Origin: Epithemia pelagica
Lineage: Eukaryota > Protista > Bacillariophyta
NCBI GenBank assembly: GCA_946965045.2
Contig: OX337233.1
Location: forward strand, 3,410,001 to 3,474,000
Reading direction: 5' to 3'
DNA: 64,000 nucleotides
The notes under the pieces were generated by a model, which was not told the DNA's origin, did not search any database, and saw only the letters and a list, made by a program, of their open reading frames with translations. Position 1 is the stretch's first letter, and each line of letters begins with the position of its first letter. A program made the translations under genes and the position numbers. This document shows, piece after piece, positions 19,515 through 30,829 of the stretch.

Positions 19515-20714
19515 CTATTCATATTGTTTTGGCCGAGTAGGGGCCTTGCCGAGAGTCAACATACGAGCAAAACATACACTGTTCTTGTCCACAAGAGGAA
19601 GCGTTTCAACCACATTTTCCTCTTCACAGCATGCAAAAGTTGCAATGCCATTCGAAATGGCAATCACGCTACACATGAACCGTCCAACCCTTAGTTCTGG
19701 GAGCTGCCATACCAGGTTCCGTTGCGTGTCCAAAACTTCCACAGAACGCATGTACTCGTCTTCATCTCCTTCTCCACCAACCACAACGAGACAAGATCCG
19801 ACTCGGACCATACCATGACCATGTCGAGCATTGCCAAGAACCAGATCCTTGTGCATCTTCCAGAACTGGTTTGTGAACGGGAGTGCTGATGTTGCATTTT
19901 GGGGTCCTTTGTTTTTGCTCCAGTCATTAAATTCGAGGTACTCCACAGAGTCCATGTAGTCGAGCTCTTCTCCACCCATTCCGCCTACCACATAGACACG
20001 TTGACCAACCACACCCATTCCAAAGTCCCTTCGAGCCACATTCAATGGTGGCCCGGATATAATGACGCATTGACTTTCGGAGCAGGTGTCGAGAATATCG
20101 ACAGATGCGAGAGCCTTTTCAACAGCACTTCCACCCGCCACAACAATGAATCTGTCCTGTACAACGGCTGCGGCGTGTCCCCATTTTCTGCTGGACAAGC
20201 GACACTCTAAAGTCTTCCAGCATTTGATCGTGCCATTTTTGTTGGACCGTTGCAAATCATTGATGTCAATCTTTTCAATCGTATCCAAAACTTGGTGGCC
20301 ATTTCAAGTGTCTGCGGTTTGTTGTCCACCAATGGCGTACAAAGATCCATTGCACACCACAGCTGCAGCGTAATGTCTATTTTCGTTCATGGACGGAGCT
20401 TCTCGCCAGGCCATTGGAGTCGTTTCATCATCATCATCATGGTCCAGTAGATTCACCCAAAGAACCCCATAGGTGAAAGTCAATTCATTCCGCCAACAAC
20501 CTCCCATTACAACCAAGATCCGTCCTTGATTCTTATTGTCGGGGCGATGGATCACAACCGATGCATGTCCGTCGCCCAAATCGATTGGCAAGGGAGGCCA
20601 TGGAGCTGTCCGCCAGGGTGTTGCGTCGTCTTGTTCTTCTTCTCCTGGATTATTGCTGTGGAGGTTTGTAAAAACCAGTCCAGACATCTGCGCTTCTTGT
20701 TGGACGTTGTTCAT
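19515..20714 (-). pseudogene. Kelch-repeat gene A with one in-frame TGA (unit 1)
   Basis: Kelch motifs (ILVVMGG, LYAIGG, FIVVAGG, VYVVGG, LVVVGG; R..H/F; W). Track ORFs 20304-20714 and 19515-20288 are one frame separated by TGA at 20304-20306. Confidence 0.85.
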
Positions 20715-21031
20715 GGTGTTGTTCCGCTTCTCGCGTTCTTCGTTCTCGGTTGCTTCTATGGCAACATGCCTGAGTGGTTTTATAAATTTTGTGATAAAAA
20801 AGATACCCTCCCCTACAACAAAGATTCGGAAAGATATGGACTCTATGTTAGCTGAGATCCAATCTGACTATGGAGGTTAACACACCCACACCATAGTCGG
20901 AGCATGTATCCACAAGAATTATAGTACTCCTATTCATTATTCATCTTATTACAGAGAGACTGTGTTCAACTTATTACAGAGAGACTGTGTGGTCGACGGG
21001 CAAGGAACGGAGTGGAAATCTCTCTCCTCGA

Positions 21032-22078
21032 CTAGACTGTCTGCCCACCCATCATCAGTGGGGCCTTCTCAAGAGCCATCATACGAGCAAAACATGCACT
21101 GTTCTTGTCCACAAGAGGAAGGGTTTCAATCGCATCTCCTGATCTCCAGCATGAGATTGCTGCAATGCCCTTCGAAATGGCAACCGCGCTATGGTGTCGC
21201 GGTCCAATTCCCTGCTCTGGGAGCTGCCATACCAGGTTCCGTTGTGTGTCCAAAACCTCCACAGAACGCATGTCTTCAGCACCTTCTCCTCCAACCACAA
21301 TGAGACAAGATCCCACTCGGACCACACCATGGCTATGTCGACTGGTGCCAAGAACAAGATCCTTGTGAAACTTCCAGGATTTGTTGGTGAACGGAGATGT
21401 TGCGGTTGCATTTTGGGTTCCTTCGTTTTTGCTCCAGTCATCAAATTCCAGGTACTCCACAGAGTTCATGTACTCGAGCTCTTCGCCACCCATTCCGCCT
21501 ACCACAAAGACACGTTGACCAACCACACCCATTCCAAAGTTTCGTCGAGCGGCATTTAAGGATGGTCTGGATTTAATGACGCATTGACTTTCGGAGGACT
21601 GTGTGTCTAGAATATCGACCGATGCCAGAGACGTCATGCCAGGATTTCCACCCACCACAGATGCCAGAGACGTGCCAGGATTTCCACCCGCCACAACAAT
21701 GAATCGGTCTTGTACCGCGACTGCGGCACACCCACCTCTTCCACTGGACAAACGACACTCTAAAGTCATCCATTGTTTCGTTTCATTGTCCATGCAAGAT
21801 GGACAAAGTAAATCGTCAATGTCAATCCTTTCAATCGTATCATAACCAGCACCGATATATTCAGAATATTGTCCACCAATGGCGTACAGAGCGCCATGAC
21901 ATACCACGGCTGCAAAGAACCGTCGGTCTTCGTTCATGGGTGGAGCTTCTTGCCAGTCCATTGTATCCTGGTCGACATTCAACCAAAAAACCGCATTGGA
22001 GGAAAGAAATTCATCCTCCCACGGACACAACATGTGGGTAGAAGGATTCGGATAAGAATAGCCTCCCAATACGACCAA
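21032..22078 (-). CDS. Kelch-repeat protein B (probably 5'-truncated)
   Basis: Paralogue of Kelch A, with GG-containing Kelch repeats and an internal in-frame duplication (GGNPGTSLASVV/GGNPGMTSLASV). Starts at a non-ATG codon at a chimeric junction. Confidence 0.8.
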   Translation of the reverse strand: MVVLGGYSYPNPSTHMLCPWEDEFLSSNAVFWLNVDQDTMDWQEAPPMNEDRRFFAAVVCHGALYAIGGQYSEYIGAGYDTIERIDIDDLLCPSCMDNETKQWMTLECRLSSGRGGCAAVAVQDRFIVVAGGNPGTSLASVVGGNPGMTSLASVDILDTQSSESQCVIKSRPSLNAARRNFGMGVVGQRVFVVGGMGGEELEYMNSVEYLEFDDWSKNEGTQNATATSPFTNKSWKFHKDLVLGTSRHSHGVVRVGSCLIVVGGEGAEDMRSVEVLDTQRNLVWQLPEQGIGPRHHSAVAISKGIAAISCWRSGDAIETLPLVDKNSACFARMMALEKAPLMMGGQTV

Positions 22079-22079
22079 G

Positions 22080-22511
22080 ATCAGTCCTTGATTCTTGTCA
22101 GTTCATTGGCAAACACTTCAAACTGTTTGATGCAGTCGTTCATTGTGAGGTGTGTGATGCGCCACAGTTGCTCAAGATGTACAGTTGTCCTCTTCTTACC
22201 TGGTGCTCAAATTCATTCGTCTCATCTTGGCGGACGTAATACCACGTTCCTGCAGCAGTGGCAAGGGCAAGAAGGGCCAGGACCACATATACACCAACTT
22301 TGGACCGGACGACAGCTTTGGTCTCCTCCTTGGCAATCTGGAGATTTGAAGACTCGGAAGTTTGTGTGCCGTGGCCATTCGATGATGAACCCTCGTCCAT
22401 CGGGCCATCGTCTCGATGCACCGCTCCCTCCGAAGATTCCGAGCTGTCCTCTGTTGTTACTCGACCAAGTTCGATCAAAGTAGGATCCTCATGGCTTTCA
22501 TGACGGTTCAT
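22080..22511 (-). pseudogene. 5' fragment of a receptor-type guanylate/adenylate cyclase-like gene with one intron
   Basis: IAKEETKAVVRSK-TM helix-YYVRQDETNEFEHQ | gtaag intron 22123-22199 | FEVFANEL resembles the N-terminus of the expanded diatom receptor cyclase family. Stops at TGA in the Kelch B sequence. Confidence 0.6.
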
Positions 22512-23557
22512 GATGACAAGAAAACTGAAAGCAATGTGTAGTTTGCAAGGATGAACTTTGCTTTATGAGTTTTGTGGCATGAGTTTTTTTCTCTCGACCA
22601 CTTTTACTCGTCGTTGGGTCTCTACCCTACACATTATCTTTTCATCGGGGTGTCAATGGGCATTATCCCTATCAACAACCATCTGCAATGTTCTGAGGAT
22701 CTGTTCTTTGTGCATGAGCTGGTACGGATGTGATATATACAATACCTTGACCTTACCATTGGTGCAGTCCAAAGTTGGAAGGATGCCCTGCCATATTCTC
22801 AGGAGCGGATGTAGCGAAGGCGTGTTCTCATAAGCTACGGTGATAAGTGGTGTTTGACGGTTTCAGAAAGAATGTCGATTCTCTGCAACCAACCACCAAG
22901 GGCGATCTAATCGTGTCTTGGTAGGGGGAGAAAGAAACATTTTGACAATATGATCTGAACTGATCTGAACTCACGGAGATCGATTCTTGAGAATCACTGA
23001 TGGGATTATGGCCACGGTCCTCTTTCTCTGATTTCCAAGAAGGCATGACGAAAGCGGGCATAACAGGGCGATAGAGTACCGTCGCAGCAATCGACTTGGT
23101 TCCTACGTCGAATGGCCTGCCATTCGAGGCATAACTCGCGACAGCATCACAAAAGACTAGTGAGCCCAGGATATGCGAACACTTTGGTTTGCTACGGAGT
23201 ATATGATTTGATATCGGCAATCGGAAGCCTAGTTTGAGAAGTCAGACGGGACCCGAGTCCCGTACAAAAGTCGTTCAGTCGTGGTACACGTTTCTAGTCA
23301 CGACTTTGACGCGACTTCTTTCAATTTCTGTCGTATCTTCCGCTCCGTTTTGTGAGAATGCCATGGCTCGTGTACCAGCTTGGGGTGTTTGGTACCGGGT
23401 ATGGGCCGAAATGGCAGTCGAGTAGCATTGCAAGCTAGGTGGACGGGGGAAGCGGAAGCTTGGTCCCATGGTCGTGGTTAAGCGGCTCATTCGGGTGGTG
23501 GGTGGTGGTGATGTGATTGTTTGTGTGCACTTGGTGGGACTGTGGACCTGCATGCAC

Positions 23558-23677
23558 AAGACCAATTTGTGAGAGAGTCCAACTCAACAAAAGTGAAAAA
23601 ACGATACAGAGCGTTACAATAGACTGTTCATCGGTTTTTCGGTTTTGTTGAGTGATGCGCTCTCACAAATTGGTCTT
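23558..23677. other. 120 bp fold-back palindrome (MITE-like or hairpin RNA)
   Basis: Perfect 18 bp terminal IR aagaccaatttgtgagag/ctctcacaaattggtctt, plus inner stems actcaacaaaa/ttttgttgagt and gaaaaaacgat/atcggtttttc. Confidence 0.8.
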
Positions 23678-23681
23678 TCTG

Positions 23682-24089
23682 CGAGTCCCACGCTCTGACT
23701 TTGCTTCATGTTGCAGCTCCGGGTTTATTGTCTCTATGAGAGAAGCGACAATGACAATAGGTCTACATACTTTCATACTTTTTCACCCATGAACCTGTAT
23801 TTTATAGTCGTCTACATGGCTATCCTCGTTTCCGTTCCTTTGGACTCTGTCTTGGACTCTGTCTCGGTTGTGCCTCTCTCATCGAGGGAGTATGCACAAG
23901 TTTGTTGGTCATCGTGTACGCCATATCTTCGGATGGGACCTTCCCTTCGGTTCCAACTCTGTGACGCTTGAAACCCGTCGTCGTTAATACCCCAGGCAAA
24001 GCAAAAGAGACACAGGATCCTGTCACAAGACCATTCCATCTCGCCGCACCACCCAACCTGAATCTTCACATGGAATGTTTTGGATCATC
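23682..24089. repeat. Left arm of the inverted repeat, unit 2
   Basis: Imperfect reverse complement of 26200-26607. Confidence 0.85.
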
Positions 24090-24283
24090 TGCCAGATGTT
24101 GGGTGTGCCTACTTGTGGCGATTTAACGACTACCGTTACACGACAAAGTGCTTGAGACGGGCATACGGTCAGACGGTCGTCAGAATGAATTTGCCCGAAA
24201 GAGACATCTATCGACCCGTGTGGCTTGCCATTTGCCATTGTACAAGTATTGTATGATATCTAACGTGGACCCATTCTCTTCTC

Positions 24284-25741
24284 TTGTCCACAATGACGAG
24301 AATTAAGAGGAAGTACACGTCGACAATCCCAACGTTGGGCGAGGGAATTCCCCGGCTGAAGAGACTCGTCTCGGAGACGGGCCCTTCCATCCCTACGGAC
24401 GAGGAACATGAGAAAGTTGCGTTTCGCGTGCGCGAGTTTGGGCTGTTAGGGCAGGAGACGTTCAGCGAAATCAAGGACTTTCGCACGAAGCTGGAGGTGA
24501 TAGACGGGCGAATGACGTACGTCACAGAGAACGACATTGCTTTAACCGTTCGGAGCTTCGTTGCATCGATCGTCGATGCGCTTGGTCTAAGCGGCGATAT
24601 CAAGGTCTACACCGCGATTGGCGTGTTTAAGCTTCGTCCAGACTTGTGGGTCGTGACTCTTCATGCAATGCCTATCGGTGTCATTGAAGTAAAAAAACCA
24701 GACATTTTGGGAAACGAAACTGCTCTGGACCACCCAAACGTACTCGGAGAACTATACGACTTCATGAAGCACCTGCCCAACTTTTATGGCGTATCCCCTG
24801 CATTTGGAATTGTAACGAATCTCAACGCGTGGCGTATCGCCTGGTTCCCAGACGCCGAAACGGACCGTTTTGCTGCGGAGGAAGAGGAGGTAGAAGAAGA
24901 CCATGTCGATGCGCTTATCTCGCAAGTTCCTAGTGATAGCGTACTGTCTATCGCCTCGCACCAAATCGATAATGATGGCAAGGATGACGATGTTGACGGC
25001 GATGATGTGAAGTGCACGGCCGACGAAAAACCCACCGATCGGGTATTGCATGTCTCAAGAATCTTTCACAAGAATGAAAACGATAGCGTCGCCGTCAAAG
25101 CTATTGCGGCTGCTCTTCTGAAAATGTCGAAAGCCGAAAGGCGGCCGTACGGCGATCCTTTTCAAGATCTTGACAAGCGCTCGTTACTGAAATTCGAGAA
25201 AGGAGACAACGCGTCTGTGTTTTGGACTCGTCTGACGCTTACCAATGGTCCCCAATGGGACAGAGTAGCTAACCCCAAGAGATGGCTCATCGCAATAGAT
25301 GACCTTGGATATGGAGCCCACGGACGAGTTTGGTTGTGTTGCTCGAGCGGTGGCGCAGTCTGTGTGTTGAAGTTCGCACTCGATGGAAATGCGGCATCGC
25401 TAGATAAAGAAAAGGAAGTTTGGCAGAAAGTGTACCCTGCACAAATCAAAGTTCATCGGGAGAACTGGTGTGGTGAGCCCGCCCTTCGAATGCCACACTT
25501 TGCGAAAGTTGCGGAAGCCGACCGAAACGACTTTGTCCCACAGGTAAAGGCAACCTTAATGGCTAACTTTCACAACAGAGGCATTGTTCATAAAGATGTG
25601 TCTTGGAGAAACATTGGGCAGTACGTAACAATCGCTGGCACCCCGAAGGCCATAGTCTTCGACATGGGGAGTGTGAGAGATCTGCAAGACGGTGAGGGAG
25701 AAGAATGGGTAACGGAGGCCTGCGACAAATTGATAGAGTAA
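24284..25741 (+). CDS. Crinkler-like nuclease+kinase protein, unit 2 copy
   Basis: Translation identical to 6243-7700. Confidence 0.8.
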   Translation: MSTMTRIKRKYTSTIPTLGEGIPRLKRLVSETGPSIPTDEEHEKVAFRVREFGLLGQETFSEIKDFRTKLEVIDGRMTYVTENDIALTVRSFVASIVDALGLSGDIKVYTAIGVFKLRPDLWVVTLHAMPIGVIEVKKPDILGNETALDHPNVLGELYDFMKHLPNFYGVSPAFGIVTNLNAWRIAWFPDAETDRFAAEEEEVEEDHVDALISQVPSDSVLSIASHQIDNDGKDDDVDGDDVKCTADEKPTDRVLHVSRIFHKNENDSVAVKAIAAALLKMSKAERRPYGDPFQDLDKRSLLKFEKGDNASVFWTRLTLTNGPQWDRVANPKRWLIAIDDLGYGAHGRVWLCCSSGGAVCVLKFALDGNAASLDKEKEVWQKVYPAQIKVHRENWCGEPALRMPHFAKVAEADRNDFVPQVKATLMANFHNRGIVHKDVSWRNIGQYVTIAGTPKAIVFDMGSVRDLQDGEGEEWVTEACDKLIE

Positions 25742-25759
25742 CACGGACTTTGATTTCGG

Positions 25760-26051
25760 TACGATTCGGTTCAATATCCCAGTCACGTTCCCATTTCAGA
25801 GCAGTCACAAAACTTGATTGAGAGTATGTTGCATTCGGATCCCAAACAGCGACCGTCGTTGGAGTAAGTTGCCAATCATCCATTCTTGTTTCATCGTTGC
25901 ATCCCACAGTCGGCGCCATTGATGGCGTTACAAGCACCACCGACCTGGACGTTTGACGATCGTAAGTTTCTTTAATAGCATGATCGGGTTGCTTCAGTTC
26001 CTCTCATCTCACCCGCTCTCCTTCTAGATGTTCGCCGATATTGTCGGATTC
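25760..26051 (+). pseudogene. Polo-like kinase fragment, unit 2 copy
   Basis: Same sequence as 7719-8010, same premature stop. Confidence 0.6.
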
Positions 26052-26199
26052 ACTGCATGGAGTTCAGCCCGAGAGCCCAAACAAGTTTTTCTTTTATCGG
26101 AGACAATCTATCAAGAGTTTGACCCCATGTGAGTACAACATGTATGCATAGGCCCTCACCTTCATGATATTTCAACAGCTCACACAGTTGGTGGATTTT

Positions 26200-26607
26200 G
26201 ATCCAAAATATCCGGTTCCCTTCCATGTCAAGATTCAGGTTGGGTGTCGCGGCGAGATGGAATGGTCTTGAGACAGGAGTCTGTGTCTCTTTTGCTTTGC
26301 CTAGGGTACTACCTAGTTACGACGGGGTTCAAGCGTCACGGTTTTGGAACCGAAGGGAAGGTCCCATCCGGAGATATGGCGTACACGATGACCAACAAAC
26401 TTGTGCATGCTCCCTCGATGAGAGAGGCACAACCGAGACAGAGTCCAAAGGAACGGAAACGAGGATAGCCATGTTGTAGACGACTATAAAATACAGGTGC
26501 ATGGATCAAAAAGTATCTAGTAGACCTATTGTCATTGTCGCTTCTCTCATAGACACCAAAAACCCTGAGCTGCAATATGAAGCAATGCCAGAGTTGGAAC
26601 TCCAGGC
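26200..26607. repeat. Right arm of the inverted repeat, unit 2
   Basis: Imperfect reverse complement of 23682-24089. Confidence 0.85.
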
Positions 26608-27274
26608 AGCGTTGGATTTTGAAATAGAAATAGAAATGAGAAGGTCTATGCAACGGATCTAAAAGCTATACCATATAATATCGATTGCCACATAACTGGA
26701 AAAGGGGCCCCCTCTTTTTCTCTTCGTCTCTCCCCGAGACAGACTCCCACATTTTTGTCAAACACTCCACAAAAAAAAAAAGCGACGCGTCTAGATGTCT
26801 ATCATATGTAATAGACGATGGACTTGAAGTTTCACATGCTTGCCTCTCTAGACCACCCTTAATAGTCCCATCCATCCTTCTATTATCCATCCTTCTATTA
26901 TTCGAAAAAGGTTGTTGATTGAACATCCATCGTGGCCAAAGTGCACCAGCATTAAGAAATTGGAGTTTGTGTTTTGACGAATCAATCACGCATATCTCGT
27001 TTGTGTTTGCCACGTTTGAGAGAGTGAAGAAAAGCCAAACACACCCGAACGAGAAATCACTGCTTGCCATCACGACAGTCACATCTATTTACAAAACCAA
27101 GTATAAAGACCTTAGACTCTACCTCTGCGATTGACACACCCACTCTCCCCCAGACTTGTGAACTTTCTCCTCTCTCCATTGATTTTCATTGAACGAAACC
27201 ATTACAGAATGAAGGCTTTGGGTGTGACTCCAAAACCAGTTGGAAAGGACGACACACTCTAATTGTCGTCCGCC

Positions 27275-28675
27275 ATGGACTCGCAATTGGATTTGACGGC
27301 CTCTTCGTCATCCGAACTCTTTGTTGCTTCTCGATCGGAATTTCAACAAGTGGTGCAAAAGTACAAGGCCATTTTGGATATACCTCGCAACGAAACCGAT
27401 GGTACCTTGAATGAAACCGAAGCCTTGGCACGCATTGAAGACCTGTTCGATCCTGACTTTGTCCGTCATAGCGAAGGTGATACGGACGCCAATTTGTGTG
27501 ATTTCAAGGCCGAATTGTTGCAATTGGGTCGTTATCCGTCTTTGCATTTCAAATTGTTTCGATACAAACAAGTGGCGGCCGGCATTATGGATTATTATTT
27601 GCGCTTTTCGACGCAAGACAAGCAATTTGTCATCAAGGGTCTGGCCTACTTTCGCAAGGCTCGAATTTACAAGACCGAAGTCACACGGACGGCCTACGAT
27701 AAAGTGTCGGGACAAAAATCGGCCACCCAAGAAACGCCCCTGACCCGAGACCGGACCGAACGACAATTTGGCTGTCGCATTTATGAATTGCCGTCCATGG
27801 TTCATGGACAATTGTTGGGGGTCGGTGGTAACATGTTGCCCGTCGAAGAAAAGTATGAACTCTTGCGCATCTTTTTGGTCTACGATAACAAACAACATCC
27901 AACTGACAATGACAGTGGTGTTCGCAATAGCAGTGGTGGTGGTGGTGGTTGGAACAAAATGTTGAATTTCTGGCGAGACCAGTATTCGTTGCGACTGGTG
28001 GACAGTAAAGATCAACCTTACGTCAAGGGTGCCAGTATTACCTTTTCGCGACGTGCCTGTGGATCTCGACGCATGATTTTGTGGAACGAGCGTAAGGAAC
28101 CTCTGGCCTTGGCCTATCGACACAAGAAGCACGGATTTTGGAGTATTTGTGGAACACGGCCCTTGATTCCCGGTCCTCATCACTATTCGGAACCCAAATT
28201 AGAAGATGTGGGAGAGTCCAATGTCGTGGCCTTTTATCCCTGGTTTCGCATCAAGTTGGTCCACACGTCGGCAGGACGGTTGTACTTTGGCGAAGTTCTT
28301 ACGTTTGATGTGGAGGGGACCGAACGAGACGAGTCGTCGTCTGCGGAAACAATGACAGCGACACCCGCGGAGGAGCATGCCAGTCCTACCACCCAAGTGA
28401 CTCCCAGCGCCACGACTGCCCGAGTGGACTTTGAACCGATTTACAAAGTGACGGAAACCCGTGACAGTCAGGAACGGATTGTGACCATTTGTGATTATTA
28501 CAAGTCCAAGGATCATTTGGGTATTGTCAAATCCAGTTACAATCCACATCGTCGACTCACACAACTTATTCACAAAGAAAAAGAAGCGAGGCGCGTTCAA
28601 GTCGATGTCGCTCCGGGAGTGGATCCGGCCTTGATTCTGTGTATTGCCTCGTGTTTGGAAATGATGGAACTCTAG
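27275..28675 (+). CDS. Protein with an NTF2/SnoaL-like N-terminal domain and a tubby C-terminal/LURP-one-like domain (intact copy)
   Basis: Open frame (470 aa in the track from 27263). N-part LARIEDLFDPDFVRH. C-terminal DVAPGVDPALILCIA motif typical of tubby/LURP-one/scramblase folds. Confidence 0.65.
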   Translation: MDSQLDLTASSSSELFVASRSEFQQVVQKYKAILDIPRNETDGTLNETEALARIEDLFDPDFVRHSEGDTDANLCDFKAELLQLGRYPSLHFKLFRYKQVAAGIMDYYLRFSTQDKQFVIKGLAYFRKARIYKTEVTRTAYDKVSGQKSATQETPLTRDRTERQFGCRIYELPSMVHGQLLGVGGNMLPVEEKYELLRIFLVYDNKQHPTDNDSGVRNSSGGGGGWNKMLNFWRDQYSLRLVDSKDQPYVKGASITFSRRACGSRRMILWNERKEPLALAYRHKKHGFWSICGTRPLIPGPHHYSEPKLEDVGESNVVAFYPWFRIKLVHTSAGRLYFGEVLTFDVEGTERDESSSAETMTATPAEEHASPTTQVTPSATTARVDFEPIYKVTETRDSQERIVTICDYYKSKDHLGIVKSSYNPHRRLTQLIHKEKEARRVQVDVAPGVDPALILCIASCLEMMEL

Positions 28676-29312
28676 TACTCTCCTCTGAGTACAGTGGACC
28701 AAAAATCAAACGTACGCCGCCACAGGCTACAAGGTTGCTTTGTCTCCTCTCCCAGTTCTTAACCCCATTCAATCATGAAGCTGCTTCGAACACAGTAGCA
28801 AATTGAGCAATTCACACGACCAACATGCTCTTTTGCATGTCTGTGATACACTTAAAATGAAATGGCCTCACACATTTCGAGATCTGTTGGACACCTTGGG
28901 ATCTGTTGGAGAGGAAGAAATCCTAACTGAAGCAGTATACCCTCTAGACAAGCGTGGATATCGCCCTTTGCACAGTATACAACGGATAATGTTAGTAGTC
29001 GCCTCAGAGGGGATCATTCCCCCTGACCGGAAACTTTGTCACCGAGATTACTCTTCCTCCAAGGCCTCTATCTCTTCCTTTCGTATAGTGTAGACAATCG
29101 TAGAGAATGAGAGACACATCGTTTGGTCGGCCGGCTCCCAAACCAAAAATACCTACGGTAGAATAAGGAAGAAAAAACGAGATAGATGACTTTATCTTAT
29201 GCCATGAGCAGTGTTCTATTCGTAGTGGGGCCTTCTCGAGAGCAATCATACGAGCAAAACATGCACTGTTCTTGTCCACAAGACACCCAACGTAATGAAA
29301 CTTCCACATACA

Positions 29313-30512
29313 CTATTCATATTGTTTTGGCCGAGTAGGGGCCTTGCCGAGAGTCAACATACGAGCAAAACATACACTGTTCTTGTCCACAAGAGGAAGC
29401 GTTTCAACCACATTTTCCTCTTCACAGCATGCAAAAGTTGCAATGCCATTCGAAATGGCAATCACGCTACACATGAACCGTCCAACCCTTAGTTCTGGGA
29501 GCTGCCATACCAGGTTCCGTTGCGTGTCCAAAACTTCCACAGAACGCATGTACTCGTCTTCATCTCCTTCTCCACCAACCACAACGAGACAAGATCCGAC
29601 TCGGACCATACCATGACCATGTCGAGCATTGCCAAGAACCAGATCCTTGTGCATCTTCCAGAACTGGTTTGTGAACGGGAGTGCTGATGTTGCATTTTGG
29701 GGTCCTTTGTTTTTGCTCCAGTCATTAAATTCGAGGTACTCCACAGAGTCCATGTAGTCGAGCTCTTCTCCACCCATTCCGCCTCCCACATAGACACGTT
29801 GACCAACCACACCCATTCCAAAGTCCCTTCGAGCCACATTCAATGGTGGCCCGGATATAATGACGCATTGACTTTCGGAGCAGGTGTCGAGAATATCGAC
29901 AGATGCGAGAGCCTTTTCAACAGCACTTCCACCCGCCACAACAATGAATCTGTCCTGTACAACGGCTGCGGCGTGTCCCCATTTTCTGCTGGACAAGCGA
30001 CACTCTAAAGTCTTCCAGCATTTGATCGTGCCATTTTTGTTGGACCGTTGCAAATCATTGATGTCAATCTTTTCAATCGTATCCAAAACTTGGTGGCCAT
30101 TTCAAGTGTCTGCGGTTTGTTGTCCACCAATGGCGTACAAAGATCCATTGCACACCACAGCTGCAGCGTAATGTCTATTTTCGTTCATGGACGGAGCTTC
30201 TCGCCAGGCCATTGGAGTCGTTTCATCATCATCATCATGGTCCCGTAGATTCACCCAAAGAACTCCATAGGTGAAAGTCAATTCATTCCGCCAACAACCT
30301 CCCATTACAACCAAGATCCGTCCTTGATTCTTATTGTCGGGGCGATGGATCACAACCGATGCATGTCCGTCGCCCAAATCGATTGGCAAGGGAGGCCATG
30401 GAGCTGTCCGCCAGGGTGTTGCGTCGTCTTGTTCTTCTTCTCCTGGATTATTGCTGTGGAGGTTTGTAAAAACCAGTCCAGACATCTGCGCTTCTTGTTG
30501 GACGTTGTTCAT
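29313..30512 (-). pseudogene. Kelch-repeat gene A with in-frame TGA, unit 2 copy
   Basis: Same TGA, at 30102-30104. Confidence 0.85.
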
Positions 30513-30829
30513 GGTGTTGTTCCGCTTCTCGCGTTCTTCGTTCTCGGTTGCTTCTATGGCAACATGCCTGAGTGGTTTTATAAATTTTGTGATAAAAAAG
30601 ATACCCTCCCCTACAACAAAGATTCGGAAAGATATGGACTCTATGTTAGCTGAGATCCAATCTGACTATGGAGGTTAACACACCCACACCATAGTCGGAG
30701 CATGTATCCACAAGAATTATAGTACTCCTATTCATTATTCATCTTATTACAGAGAGACTGTGTTCAACTTATTACAGAGAGACTGTGTGGTCGACGGGCA
30801 AGGAACGGAGTGGAAATCTCTCTCCTCGA

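Larger units (their letters stand above)
1..23756 (+). repeat. Tandem segmental repeat unit 1 (~9.8 kb core plus Gypsy and LINE insertions)
   Basis: Position 1 (ataggtctacatac) recurs at 23757 and 33560. All core ORFs recur near-identically in 23757-33559. The length excess matches the Gypsy (~5.7 kb) plus LINE (~8.2 kb) insertions. Confidence 0.95.

Noticed and set aside
20304-20306. Selenocysteine recoding of the Kelch TGA
   Set aside because: Not a redox-type Cys position and no SECIS-like element was recognised.
22520-23557. Possible degenerate spliced gene on the minus strand
   Set aside because: Intron-like signals and short peptide-like stretches, but multiple stops and no recognisable family.
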